Shown: in pieces, positions 1-7,639 of the stretch
Layout of the letters: every line of letters starts with the position of its first letter
Position numbering within the stretch: the first letter of the stretch is position 1
DNA from: Clostridia bacterium
Lineage (GTDB): Bacteria > Bacillota > Clostridia > Christensenellales > Aristaeellaceae
Direction of reading: 5' to 3'
DNA length: 20,932 nucleotides
Assembly: GCA_045617125.1 (NCBI GenBank)
Contig: JAZLIA010000110.1
Span: 1-20,932 of the forward strand
The notes under the pieces: generated by a model
The model's input: the letters and a program-made list of their open reading frames with translations, nothing else
The model's database searches: none
What the model was told of the DNA's origin: nothing
Translations under genes and position numbers: made by a program

Positions 1-152
1 AAATGCAAGAAAAAGGCGGTGTAAAACGAGAAAAAACTCGTCTTGCACCACCGAAAAGCCATAATATAGAGCAATAATCCATAACGAGGAGCCACCGTTC
101 CTCATTGCATAGTGTATGTATTTGGGAAATCTTTATTCAAAACAATTGTTTA

Positions 153-193
153 CAGAAAAATGGGCTGTTGCAGATCATTGCATCTGCAACAGC
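153..193 (-). terminator. Rho-independent terminator downstream of the SpoIID-like gene
   Basis: Perfect 12-bp stem GCTGTTGCAGAT (164-175) / ATCTGCAACAGC (182-193) with a 6-nt loop. On the minus strand it is followed by CCATTTTTCTG (153-163). It lies 108 nt past the stop codon at 301. Confidence 0.65.
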
Positions 194-300
194 TCCCCTG
201 TATGCGATAAAGTATTGGATCATCCTTCTTCAGCGGATGGGAAGGAAGCATGCTTTGGATCGGGTCAATCGGAAAAAACGGATTGATCCGATGCCTCTGT

Positions 301-1995
301 TCAGGATGGATCTTCCAATATAGTCACATATTTCTTCATCACATAGCCTTCATCATTGCCGCTTGTTACTTGATACCAATCCTCTGTTTCGCCTGTGACG
401 ATCAGCTTCTGCCCATAGTACAGCACTTTCAGGATCACACTGTTCGTACCCGCGGCAGACCTGAGATTGAGAGAGGAATTTTGCTGGATGCCGTCCACGA
501 TGACAACAAATTCATCAGGAGAAGGCGTGCGTGTGAGAGGAAATGGGGTGGGACGCGGAGTGGGCGAAGCGGAAGGACCGGGAGTAAAACGAAGCTCCGG
601 CGGAAGAGGAGAAGCAGTGCTAACAGAAAAACTGCCTTTTTCGATGGAGGTTGAAGGATAATAGAAGGAAAGGATATCCTGGAATGAATAACCGGAAAGA
701 GCCATTTGCTGAGCGCCTCGCTGACTCATTCCAACCCCGTGTCCATATCGGCCCGCAGAGATGATAAAATGGTCTGCTTCTTCGGTGATGCGGTATACTT
801 CATTATTACCGGAATTGATATCAGCGTTCATCACGGTTTCAAGATCTGGAAACACCGGAAGGGTCACTGTGATCTCACGAATCGTTTCGTATGAACGGGC
901 TGAAAAGGAGCCTACTGTTTCAGAAGATCCATCGTTTGGTTTATCAAACAGCCAGATCTCGTCATCATCATCATGAAGAATATCCGTTATTCTTACTCCC
1001 AGTACGAGCTGCAGCTTTCGGTAAACACCGGTATCAACGTCCGTGTAGGCCGGTTCCGTCAATATGACAGAGCGTACTTCTTCTATGACAGGCTCATCCT
1101 CTGTGAAAGAAATTTTCATTTTTTCCATGGCTGGCCCGACCTGGGCGGAAAGCAGGGGATAGAGAGCCCCCAGATCAGACGGATTCTTAATCTGCTTTGG
1201 AATAACGAGGCTTGCTTTGATCGAATTCGGATTGGCCAGATCCCATGGGTCCTGTTTAGAGCACAGATAGGGATATCCGTTTCCCTCCCAAACATGCTGG
1301 GCTACTTCTGTTATCCCTCCGTTGGAAGCAGTGTAGTAGCATACGATGGGTTTTCCGCGATAGGTGCAGATCATTCCTTCTGTATCCCGAACAGCGGCAG
1401 CGGAACGGGTGTTTTCCGGCAGGATCCCATAGTAAGTTTGACTGTTGGTGTTATCGGTAAGATCGTAATCGCTGCTTTCAGGGGCAAGATTGCTCAGTGC
1501 ATAGGTTCTGGCAGCAATGGCCTGACATTTTAGCGCCTCCACCGGAAAAAGATCGTTCATTTCATAAGGAACGACACCCAGAAGATATTCTTCGATCGGG
1601 ACATGAAGCACAGCCTTCATTTGGTCTCCTGTGGCTGTGATACGCAGACTGCCGGGATGAAGATATCGGCTGCCGTTCAGACGAAATCCGGTTAGCTCGC
1701 TGCTTCCGCCATGACGGGTCAAGGTAAGGGAAGAACCGCAATCCATGCTCATTCCTTCATAATACACATAAAGGTGATTAGAAGAAGAACGCACGGTGAT
1801 CTCCTCGTCCTGATCAAAGCAGATACCGTTCATGGAATAGCTGCCGCACAGGCGGATCACGGCGGTATCGTTCAGCTTTGGCTGTGTGAGCAGCACCCGT
1901 ACCAATCCGTTATCCTTTTTTTCTGCTCCGAGAACGGATAACGGGAAAAAGAATAGAAAAAGAACTAAAATGCTAAGCCTGCGAAATGTCCTCAT
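301..1995 (-). CDS. Secreted SpoIID/LytB-domain protein with a C-terminal SH3b-like domain
   Basis: The 581-aa ORF is trimmed to ATG 1995. A GGAGG (complement of 2002-2006) sits 6 nt upstream, and MRTFRRLSILVLFLFFFPLSVLGA reads as a signal peptide. SpoIID-type motifs EALKCQAIAARTYAL and YYTASNGGITE are present. The C-terminal segment LNLRSAAGTNSVILKVLYYGQKLIVTGETEDWYQV is SH3b-like, preceded by a Pro/Ser/Thr-rich linker. Confidence 0.85.
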   Translation of the reverse strand: MRTFRRLSILVLFLFFFPLSVLGAEKKDNGLVRVLLTQPKLNDTAVIRLCGSYSMNGICFDQDEEITVRSSSNHLYVYYEGMSMDCGSSLTLTRHGGSSELTGFRLNGSRYLHPGSLRITATGDQMKAVLHVPIEEYLLGVVPYEMNDLFPVEALKCQAIAARTYALSNLAPESSDYDLTDNTNSQTYYGILPENTRSAAAVRDTEGMICTYRGKPIVCYYTASNGGITEVAQHVWEGNGYPYLCSKQDPWDLANPNSIKASLVIPKQIKNPSDLGALYPLLSAQVGPAMEKMKISFTEDEPVIEEVRSVILTEPAYTDVDTGVYRKLQLVLGVRITDILHDDDDEIWLFDKPNDGSSETVGSFSARSYETIREITVTLPVFPDLETVMNADINSGNNEVYRITEEADHFIISAGRYGHGVGMSQRGAQQMALSGYSFQDILSFYYPSTSIEKGSFSVSTASPLPPELRFTPGPSASPTPRPTPFPLTRTPSPDEFVVIVDGIQQNSSLNLRSAAGTNSVILKVLYYGQKLIVTGETEDWYQVTSGNDEGYVMKKYVTILEDPS

Positions 1996-2219
1996 TGGTA
2001 TCCTCCAGTATAGCTTTAATACTAAACTCATTTTAAAACCCAACATTTGCTTGCATCTTTTCCCCTCTGGCGTTGCTTCATTCCGGTCAACATATGTTTC
2101 ACGTACGCCTCTCTCTATTCAGCTTAGCCAGAGCGAAAAATATGCGGTGCACCTGTTAAGTTTTTAAAACTCGTTTAGTATAAATCGAAAAAATGAATGT
2201 AGAAAGCGGATTCAGAATG

Positions 2220-2247
2220 AAAAACTCCTGCCGTAATACGGCAGGAG
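2220..2247 (-). terminator. Rho-independent terminator of the EF-G paralogue
   Basis: Minus strand reads CTCCTGCCG-tatta-CGGCAGGAG (2225-2247) followed by TTTTT (complement of the A-run at 2220-2224). It begins 16 nt after the stop at 2263. Confidence 0.85.
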
Positions 2248-2262
2248 CATAAGGGAAAAGGA

Positions 2263-4344
2263 TCAATCCTCTTCTTCTTCTTCAAGCTTGGCGTTTTCGA
2301 TGACCTTCTTGGCGGCATCGCCGGGCATTTCTTCGTAGCGCTCAAATCTCATGGTGAAATAACCGCGGGCCTGAGTCATGGAACGCAGGTCGGTAGCGTA
2401 CTTCATCATTTCTCCCATGGGCGCTTCGGCAGTCACGCGCTGAAGCTTGCCGATCTTGTCCATACCCATGATACGGCCGCGACGCTTGTTCATATCACCC
2501 ATGATATCACCCATGTATTCATCGGGAACGAACACTTCAACATGCATCACGGGTTCGAGCAGCATCGGGCTGGCAGTGGTAAGCTGTTTGAAAGCGAGAC
2601 GGGCAGCGGTCTTGAATGCCATTTCGGAAGAGTCAACAGGATGATATCCGCCATCATACAGCTGAGCGGTCAAACCAACAACCGGGAAACCGGCCAGAAC
2701 GCCGCGGCGGATGTTTTCACGCAGACCCTTTTCAACGGCAGGAATGAAGTTGCGGGGCACAGTGCCGCCCACGACCGCGTCTTCAAAATGGAATTCGGTG
2801 TCATTGGGGTCGTCATTGGGACGGAAGCGGATCTTAACATCACCAAACTGGCCGTGGCCGCCGGTCTGCTTCTTATGACGTCCTTCAACATCAATGGGCT
2901 TACGGATCGATTCGCGATAAGCGATGCGGGGATCCTCAAAGTTAGCGGAAGCACCGAACTTGTTGAGCAGCTTGTTGCGCAGAATTTCCAGATGCTGTTC
3001 GCCCTGACCGGAAATGATCGTTTCGGCGGTTTCTTCGTTCTTTTCAATCTTGGCGGAAGGATCTTCTTCCTGCAGACGGGCAAGACCGGAGAAGACTTTA
3101 TCTTCTTCACCCTGCTTGGCGGCGTAAACAGCTTTGCTGATGCAGGGAGCGGGGAAGTCGATGGCAGGATACTGAATGGGGTTGCTCTGATCGCAAAGGG
3201 TATCGCCGGAAGCGGTGAAAGCCAGCTTGCTCAGAGCACCCAGGTCGCCCGCCTGCAGCGTGGTCGCGCTGGTCTGCTTTTTGCCGGTGAGCACGAACAG
3301 GCCGCTGGCCTTATCCACTTTACCACTGTTGGCATTGTAAAGGGGAGTGGAGGAAGTGAGGGTGCCGCTCATCACGCGGATGAGGCTCAGCTTGCCCACG
3401 AAGGGGTCAGCAATGGTTTTGAACACGAATGCGGAGAAGGGAGCGGAAGCATCGCAGGGACGCTCGGCTTTCTCATCATTCTTGGGATTGATGCCCACAT
3501 TCTTGGAAGCAGAGGGGGCATGCAGATAACCGCTCACAGTATCCAGCACCTTGGCAACGCCAACACCGGTGATGGCGGAGCAGCAAACTACGGGAACGAT
3601 GGTTCCGTTGGCCATACCGGCACGGAAACCGGTGAGGATCTGCTCATGAGTTAATTCCATCGTGTCAAGATAGATCTCCATCAGCTCATCATCGGCAGCG
3701 GCAGCCGCTTCGGTGATCTCTGCCAGAGCATCTTCGATCTTGGAGGCCATTTCAGCGGGAACGGGAATCTCCTTGAGGGTTTTTCCGCTTCCTTCATAGG
3801 CCTTGTTTTCCAGCACGTTCACAACGCCCTTGAAATTGGCGCCTTCGCCGATGGGCAGGAAGAGAGGAACGACGCTGTCGCCGAACTTTTCACGCAGGTC
3901 CTCAACGACCTTGTTGTAGTTGGCGTTTTCAGTGTCCATACGGTTGACGATGAACATACGGCAAACGTTGTATTTCTCAGCATAGTCATAAGCTTTTTCA
4001 GCACCGACGGAAAGGCCGCTTACAGCGCCCACGACGATACCGGCTGTTTCGACCACACGGAGAGGCCCGAACACTTCACCGATAAAATCAAAATATCCGG
4101 GAACATCGACCACATTGATCTTCACGCCCTTCCACTCGATGGGAGCGATGGCGGCGCTGATGGAAAAGTGACGTTTCTGTTCCTCGGGATCGAAGTCGCA
4201 AACGGAGGCACCGTCTTCCACGCGACCCTGACGGCTGATAGCGCCGGAGGCGAGAAGCATGGATTCGGCAAGAGTGGTTTTGCCTTCACTGCCGTGACCC
4301 AGCAGCGCGATGTTGCGGATAGACTCAGTCTTATAGTCTGCCAT
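2263..4344 (-). CDS. Elongation factor G family translational GTPase (stand-alone EF-G paralogue)
   Basis: 693 aa. GTPase motifs are G1 GHGSEGKT, G3 DVPG and G4 NRMD, and the length and domain layout match EF-G. RBS GGGGG lies 8 nt upstream of the ATG. It has its own promoter and terminator and is not next to rpsL/rpsG/tuf. Confidence 0.9.
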   Translation of the reverse strand: MADYKTESIRNIALLGHGSEGKTTLAESMLLASGAISRQGRVEDGASVCDFDPEEQKRHFSISAAIAPIEWKGVKINVVDVPGYFDFIGEVFGPLRVVETAGIVVGAVSGLSVGAEKAYDYAEKYNVCRMFIVNRMDTENANYNKVVEDLREKFGDSVVPLFLPIGEGANFKGVVNVLENKAYEGSGKTLKEIPVPAEMASKIEDALAEITEAAAAADDELMEIYLDTMELTHEQILTGFRAGMANGTIVPVVCCSAITGVGVAKVLDTVSGYLHAPSASKNVGINPKNDEKAERPCDASAPFSAFVFKTIADPFVGKLSLIRVMSGTLTSSTPLYNANSGKVDKASGLFVLTGKKQTSATTLQAGDLGALSKLAFTASGDTLCDQSNPIQYPAIDFPAPCISKAVYAAKQGEEDKVFSGLARLQEEDPSAKIEKNEETAETIISGQGEQHLEILRNKLLNKFGASANFEDPRIAYRESIRKPIDVEGRHKKQTGGHGQFGDVKIRFRPNDDPNDTEFHFEDAVVGGTVPRNFIPAVEKGLRENIRRGVLAGFPVVGLTAQLYDGGYHPVDSSEMAFKTAARLAFKQLTTASPMLLEPVMHVEVFVPDEYMGDIMGDMNKRRGRIMGMDKIGKLQRVTAEAPMGEMMKYATDLRSMTQARGYFTMRFERYEEMPGDAAKKVIENAKLEEEEED

Positions 4345-4412
4345 GGATGATTCCCCCTAAAATGATTTGGATTGATTTACAGTACGGCATAATTTACACC
4401 ACATACCCAGTG

Positions 4413-4441
4413 ATTATAACAGAATATCATGGATATAGCAA
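4413..4441 (-). promoter_or_regulatory. SigA-type promoter for the EF-G paralogue
   Basis: Minus strand reads TTGCTA (complement of 4436-4441), a 17-nt spacer, then TATAAT (complement of 4413-4418), about 70 nt upstream of ATG 4344. Confidence 0.7.
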
Positions 4442-4442
4442 G

Positions 4443-5207
4443 TTATTCTTGCAAAAGATCGTGCATTAATTTTACCGAGGATGCGTCTCCAGAAGAAAAA
4501 AGCTGAATATTGCCGTCGGATACGCGGTTTCTGAGCAGATGCTGTTCATTAAGCTTGCGGATGAGCTGCCTTGCGGTGCCTTCGTTTCCATCCAGAACGA
4601 TGGCATTGCCCGCATGACGGGCAATCGCTTCCCTGAGAAACACATAATGGGTGCAGCCCAGTACCACGGCGGCCAGGTCCTTCTTCACATCCATTGTAAA
4701 GATCCCGTCAAGGTATGTATGCAGGGCGGGGGTGTCCAGTTCCCGGCGCTCGGCAAACTCCATGAGTCCCGGGCAGGGGACGGATAACGCGTTTTTTCCG
4801 TAAAGGGCTTTCAGCCTTCCGTATTTTTCCGAGGCGGTTGTGGCGGGCGTGGCAAGGACCAGGATCTTTTTATCGGGTCCCACTGTGTCATAAGCCAGCT
4901 TCAGAGCCGGTTCCATCCCGATGATCGGAAACGGATATTCCTCGCGGAGCGCGGCTGCAGCGGCAGCGGTAATGGTATTGCAGGCGATCACCACCGCTTT
5001 GATCCCTTCCCGGGCGAGACGGTCCATCACGTTTCTGCTGAGGGAAAGGATCTCATTCTCAGAACGCGTGCCGTATGGAGCGTGAAGCGCATCGCCGAAA
5101 TAAACAAAATCTTCACCCGGCAGCATTTTATGCAGGGTGCGCAGCACGCTGATGCCGCCGACTCCGCTGTCACAAACGCCTATCGGCGCTGATTCGTACA
5201 TAAACAT
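4443..5207 (-). CDS. murI: Glutamate racemase
   Basis: Motifs IGVCDSGVGGISVL, VIACNT and LGCTHY, which carry the two catalytic Cys motifs. The start is trimmed from the track's TTG (5225) to ATG 5207, which has GGAGG (complement of 5213-5217) 5 nt upstream. Confidence 0.92.
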   Translation of the reverse strand: MFMYESAPIGVCDSGVGGISVLRTLHKMLPGEDFVYFGDALHAPYGTRSENEILSLSRNVMDRLAREGIKAVVIACNTITAAAAAALREEYPFPIIGMEPALKLAYDTVGPDKKILVLATPATTASEKYGRLKALYGKNALSVPCPGLMEFAERRELDTPALHTYLDGIFTMDVKKDLAAVVLGCTHYVFLREAIARHAGNAIVLDGNEGTARQLIRKLNEQHLLRNRVSDGNIQLFSSGDASSVKLMHDLLQE

Positions 5208-5249
5208 GAGAACCTCCGGAAACAAAGTTGTGGGAATATTGCCTTGCTC

Positions 5250-5277
5250 ATTTTATCATTCGACCTGCTCATTGTAA
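5250..5277 (-). promoter_or_regulatory. SigA-type promoter for murI
   Basis: Minus strand reads TTACAA (complement of 5272-5277), a 16-nt spacer, then TAAAAT (complement of 5250-5255), about 40 nt upstream of the murI start. Confidence 0.55.
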
Positions 5278-5526
5278 AGGAGGTTTCCGACAGAACTGTG
5301 CCAGCCTTACTGTATTTCCTTATCTTCATGACAGCGCGATGCGCTGCGTGACATGAGTAAGCCAATCGGTGTCAGCGAATATAAATTGACCGGTATTTTG
5401 CCCGATGTGTTGGAAGACCGCCTGCCCTCCCCGGAGGATATACAAAACAGGATCGGTAAGCAAGAATAACCCCAAACACTCACATGCGATCTGCACACTT
5501 TGTGCCGGTCGTTTTCTTTTTACCCT

Positions 5527-5649
5527 CAAGGAGCAAACAATTCGTGAATCTTGCCATTCATTTCAAATGTGGCTTCTTCAGCAATGCTGATAAAGCCAAC
5601 TGAAAGCAGCAGACATGTGACAAGCAGACTAACTACTATCTTCCGCATA
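5527..5649 (-). CDS. Hypothetical 40-aa pre-peptide with an N-terminal signal sequence (below the ORF-track cutoff)
   Basis: Hand translation gives MRKIVVSLLVTCLLLSVGFISIAEEATFEMNGKIHELFAP*. GAGGA lies 7 nt upstream of the ATG (complement of 5647-5649). It is 66 nt downstream of, and co-directional with, the SH3b gene, with no convincing terminator between them. It could equally be a truncated gene stub. Confidence 0.3.
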
Positions 5650-5715
5650 CTGTTATCCTCACACTTATTTCACTTTCCGTGATCGAGTTTCACTTCGTAA
5701 AAGAGGCCGTTTCCT

Positions 5716-6600
5716 TTACTGCTCTCCATAAAGATTCGAATACTCATTTGTGAGTCCGAATAGTGACCAAAACATTTCGGCAATGCCGGAAGTGCTGCCA
5801 TACAGTCTGAGAGCCTCATCTCCGTTACCATAAGCAAAGAAGGATCCGTCTTCCGTACGAAAATTTCGACAGCTATCTGTTGCCATGTGAAGCGTAATCA
5901 TACTTCCATTTGCGGAGTAAAGCGTTAGCGTTGCATCAAACGGACATCCTGCACTTATGATAGGTTCTGCAATGGAGAAGTTATCCTCGATCCATTTCAG
6001 TCCGGCTTCATCTGATAGCGTATATGATGTGCCCTTGGGTGTAGTCAATTCTGCTCTTACAAGATTAGAAATTGCCTCGATCATCTCTGCTGTACCTGTA
6101 GCAAGACGATCCTCCGCATTTTTATAGATCCAGCCGCTCGCGCCACGAAGGCTGACAATCAACCATTCTCCTTCATTCTTCAGAATGGGCAGAGTAGTAC
6201 CTTTGCTTAATAGCGCAACTTTGGGTGACATCGTATCATTCCAGGCATAAACCGGCGTTGCCTTATCTGCCTGATACCAGGTCGGATTGATGATGATATA
6301 GTCAGAACTGACCCAACCTGTCTGACCTGCATCGATATCGTCTGAGGTAAAACAGCTTGCCCAACCGTCCCAAGCGTCCTGCACCGCGAACGTATCGCCG
6401 TAATGCAATGTTTTCACTGCCTTGGAACCGGAACTGCGTTCCTGACGTACTGTCAAACTCTCGCACAGCACTACCGCCTGGTAACCAATCTGCCCCTCAC
6501 CATGTGCGGGAAGAATCTCTGCCTGAGCACTTATGATGTTTCCAAACATAAGAATTATTGATACAACAGTTAAAATAAGCTTGTTCTTCATTTGCTCCAC
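5716..6600 (-). CDS. Secreted protein with two SH3b-like repeats and an uncharacterised C-terminal domain
   Basis: Signal peptide KNKLILTVVSIILMFGNIISAQA. There are two SH3b-like units ending GWVSSDYI and GWIYKN, then about 130 aa with no motif I recognise. The start is ambiguous (GTG 6600 or ATG 6591). The gene is AT-richer than its neighbours. Confidence 0.7.
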   Translation of the reverse strand: MEQMKNKLILTVVSIILMFGNIISAQAEILPAHGEGQIGYQAVVLCESLTVRQERSSGSKAVKTLHYGDTFAVQDAWDGWASCFTSDDIDAGQTGWVSSDYIIINPTWYQADKATPVYAWNDTMSPKVALLSKGTTLPILKNEGEWLIVSLRGASGWIYKNAEDRLATGTAEMIEAISNLVRAELTTPKGTSYTLSDEAGLKWIEDNFSIAEPIISAGCPFDATLTLYSANGSMITLHMATDSCRNFRTEDGSFFAYGNGDEALRLYGSTSGIAEMFWSLFGLTNEYSNLYGEQ

Positions 6601-6711
6601 TACTCCCTTTCCTAATAACTGCCTGCCATCATTGGGATTGTAAGAACTACACCCCTATATAATATACGACACAGAACAGGTTTTTCTTTCATGCAAATGA
6701 TGGATTATTAG

Positions 6712-7266
6712 GTTGCTTGTATCTGGCAAGCAGAGCACTCCGGTCTTGGAATCCGTGAGATTGACGGTTTCTTTGAGGCTGTAGGAGTCTACAACGAACT
6801 GAAACCTGTTTAGGATAAGCTCGATTCGATTCACTGGAAGAAGCCACGTGAGAAGTATCAAGCTGAACAGGTCGATGAGCTGCAACGCTTTGATGAAGCA
6901 GCAAAAACTCGCAAGCGTGTCGCCAAGAAATACGGAATCACACTGCCGCTTGATAAAGCCGGACGCAAACTGCTGAAGGACAAACGTGCAGAACTGGAAG
7001 CTGATAATGAAAAACAGCGTCCTCAACTGGAGACGATTAACAAATCGCTCTCCCAGCTGAACACGTTGCGCTACTTAACACGCAAAGTTGTGCCGGAAGC
7101 ATTGGAAGATCGTAGCGGCTTTGCTGCTGAATTGGATACCATGAGGACTAAACGCGAACTGAACGAGGTGATCGACAAGGCAGTTACCGCTGTTGTCCAT
7201 CCTCCGGAAGAACGCCATACGGAGCCGATCCTGCCAGACAAGGAAACGGAGAAGCCCCACCGCTAA
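6712..7266 (+). pseudogene. C-terminal fragment of a mobilisation (relaxase-type) protein with an in-frame TAG at 6811-6813 and no start codon
   Basis: One frame is open from 6712 to 7266 except for the TAG at 6811. It reads ...GLGIREIDGFFEAVGVYNELKPV*DKLDSIHWKKPREKYQAEQVDELQRFDEAAKTRKRVAKKYGITLPLDKAGRKLLKDKRAELEADNEKQRPQLETINKSLSQLNTLRYLTRKVV... This charged, coiled-coil-like text resembles relaxase C-terminal regions of clostridial elements, from memory only. There is no ATG/GTG plus RBS at the 5' end, and the track only calls the last 66 codons from TTG 7066. Confidence 0.45.
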
Positions 7267-7346
7267 CCGAACGAAAGGTCAGCTGCAAAATGCGGCTGGC
7301 CTTTCACTTTACCTATCGCTTTTACGAATAGACAGGAGGTGACACA

Positions 7347-7532
7347 ATGAACGAACTCAAGAATACGAGCCAGCCCCAACAGGAGCCGACTTTGACCTTC
7401 TCCATGGAAATTGACGGTCGTATCTACACCGTCCGCACATTCTTGAAGGAGGCCAGCGCCGAGACCATGCAGCAGAAGATTGAGCGCATGATTCGCCGTG
7501 ATCTTCTGACATACAACCCTGTGGTCGCCTAA
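7347..7532 (+). CDS. tnpW: Transposon-encoded TnpW-family small protein
   Basis: 61 aa. The core FSMEIDGRIYTVRTFLKEASAETMQQKIERMIRRD fits the TnpW pattern (IGxxxYxVxxxxxxxSxETxxxKIxRLI) known from Tn4451/Tn4453-type clostridial elements. A strong RBS AGGAGG lies 7 nt upstream. Confidence 0.7.
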   Translation: MNELKNTSQPQQEPTLTFSMEIDGRIYTVRTFLKEASAETMQQKIERMIRRDLLTYNPVVA

Positions 7533-7606
7533 TCAATCGTGTTGTTCTCATGCTGCTGAAAGAAATTTCGCAGAAGTACTTGACAAGTTGTCTCAGGGGA
7601 AATATG

Positions 7607-7634
7607 AAAAAACGACCCGCAGGGCGGGACGTCG
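7607..7634 (-). terminator. Rho-independent terminator of pfkA
   Basis: Minus strand reads CGAC-GTCCCGC-cct-GCGGG-TCG (5 bp plus 3 bp with a 3-nt bulge) followed by TTTTTT (complement of the A-run at 7607-7612). It begins 6 nt past the pfkA stop. Confidence 0.6.
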
Positions 7635-7639
7635 GGAAA

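Larger units (their letters stand above)
6712..7532 (+). mobile_element. Decayed remnant (right-hand part) of a mobilisable or conjugative element: mobilisation-protein fragment plus tnpW
   Basis: A 5'-truncated, nonsense-interrupted Mob/relaxase-like reading frame is followed by an intact TnpW-family ORF. No recombinase or oriT is recognisable in the window. Boundaries are approximate. Confidence 0.55.

Noticed and set aside
1-152. A possible minus-strand ORF starting at 105 and running off the window (MRNGGSSLWIIALYYGFSVV...), or the tail of a plus-strand ORF ending at 77
   Set aside because: Each is only about 25-35 codons long, with no RBS and no recognisable similarity. That is too little sequence to support a call.
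1996-2219. A possible riboswitch or long leader upstream of the SpoIID-like gene
   Set aside because: I recognised no c-di-GMP, c-di-AMP, T-box or other conserved riboswitch core. A weak TTGGGT-16-TATTAA promoter close to the start would leave a short leader. A sigma-E-type promoter could not be called reliably by eye.
2542-3654. A 370-aa plus-strand ORF opposite the EF-G gene
   Set aside because: It is an antisense shadow ORF in GC-rich coding DNA, with no RBS or recognisable motifs, while the EF-G frame on the other strand is unambiguous. The same reasoning rejects 973-1533(+), 7550-8626(+), 9862-10470(+), 11007-11837(+), 12959-13471(-), 13589-14104(-), 14458-15498(-), 15224-15772(-), 16641-17207(-), 17530-18183(-), 18655-19275(-) and the other short overlapping ORFs in the track.
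5353-5469. A 38-codon plus-strand ORF (MSKPIGVSEYKLTGILPDVLEDRLPSPEDIQNRIGKQE)
   Set aside because: It has no Shine-Dalgarno sequence and no confident family match. It is treated as possible degraded coding sequence (see the finding at 5278-5526), not as a gene.
6655-7026. A 123-aa minus-strand ORF across the element scar
   Set aside because: The plus-strand frame here gives coherent Mob-like coiled-coil text continuous with 7066-7266. The minus-strand product has no RBS or recognisable features and reads as an antisense artefact.
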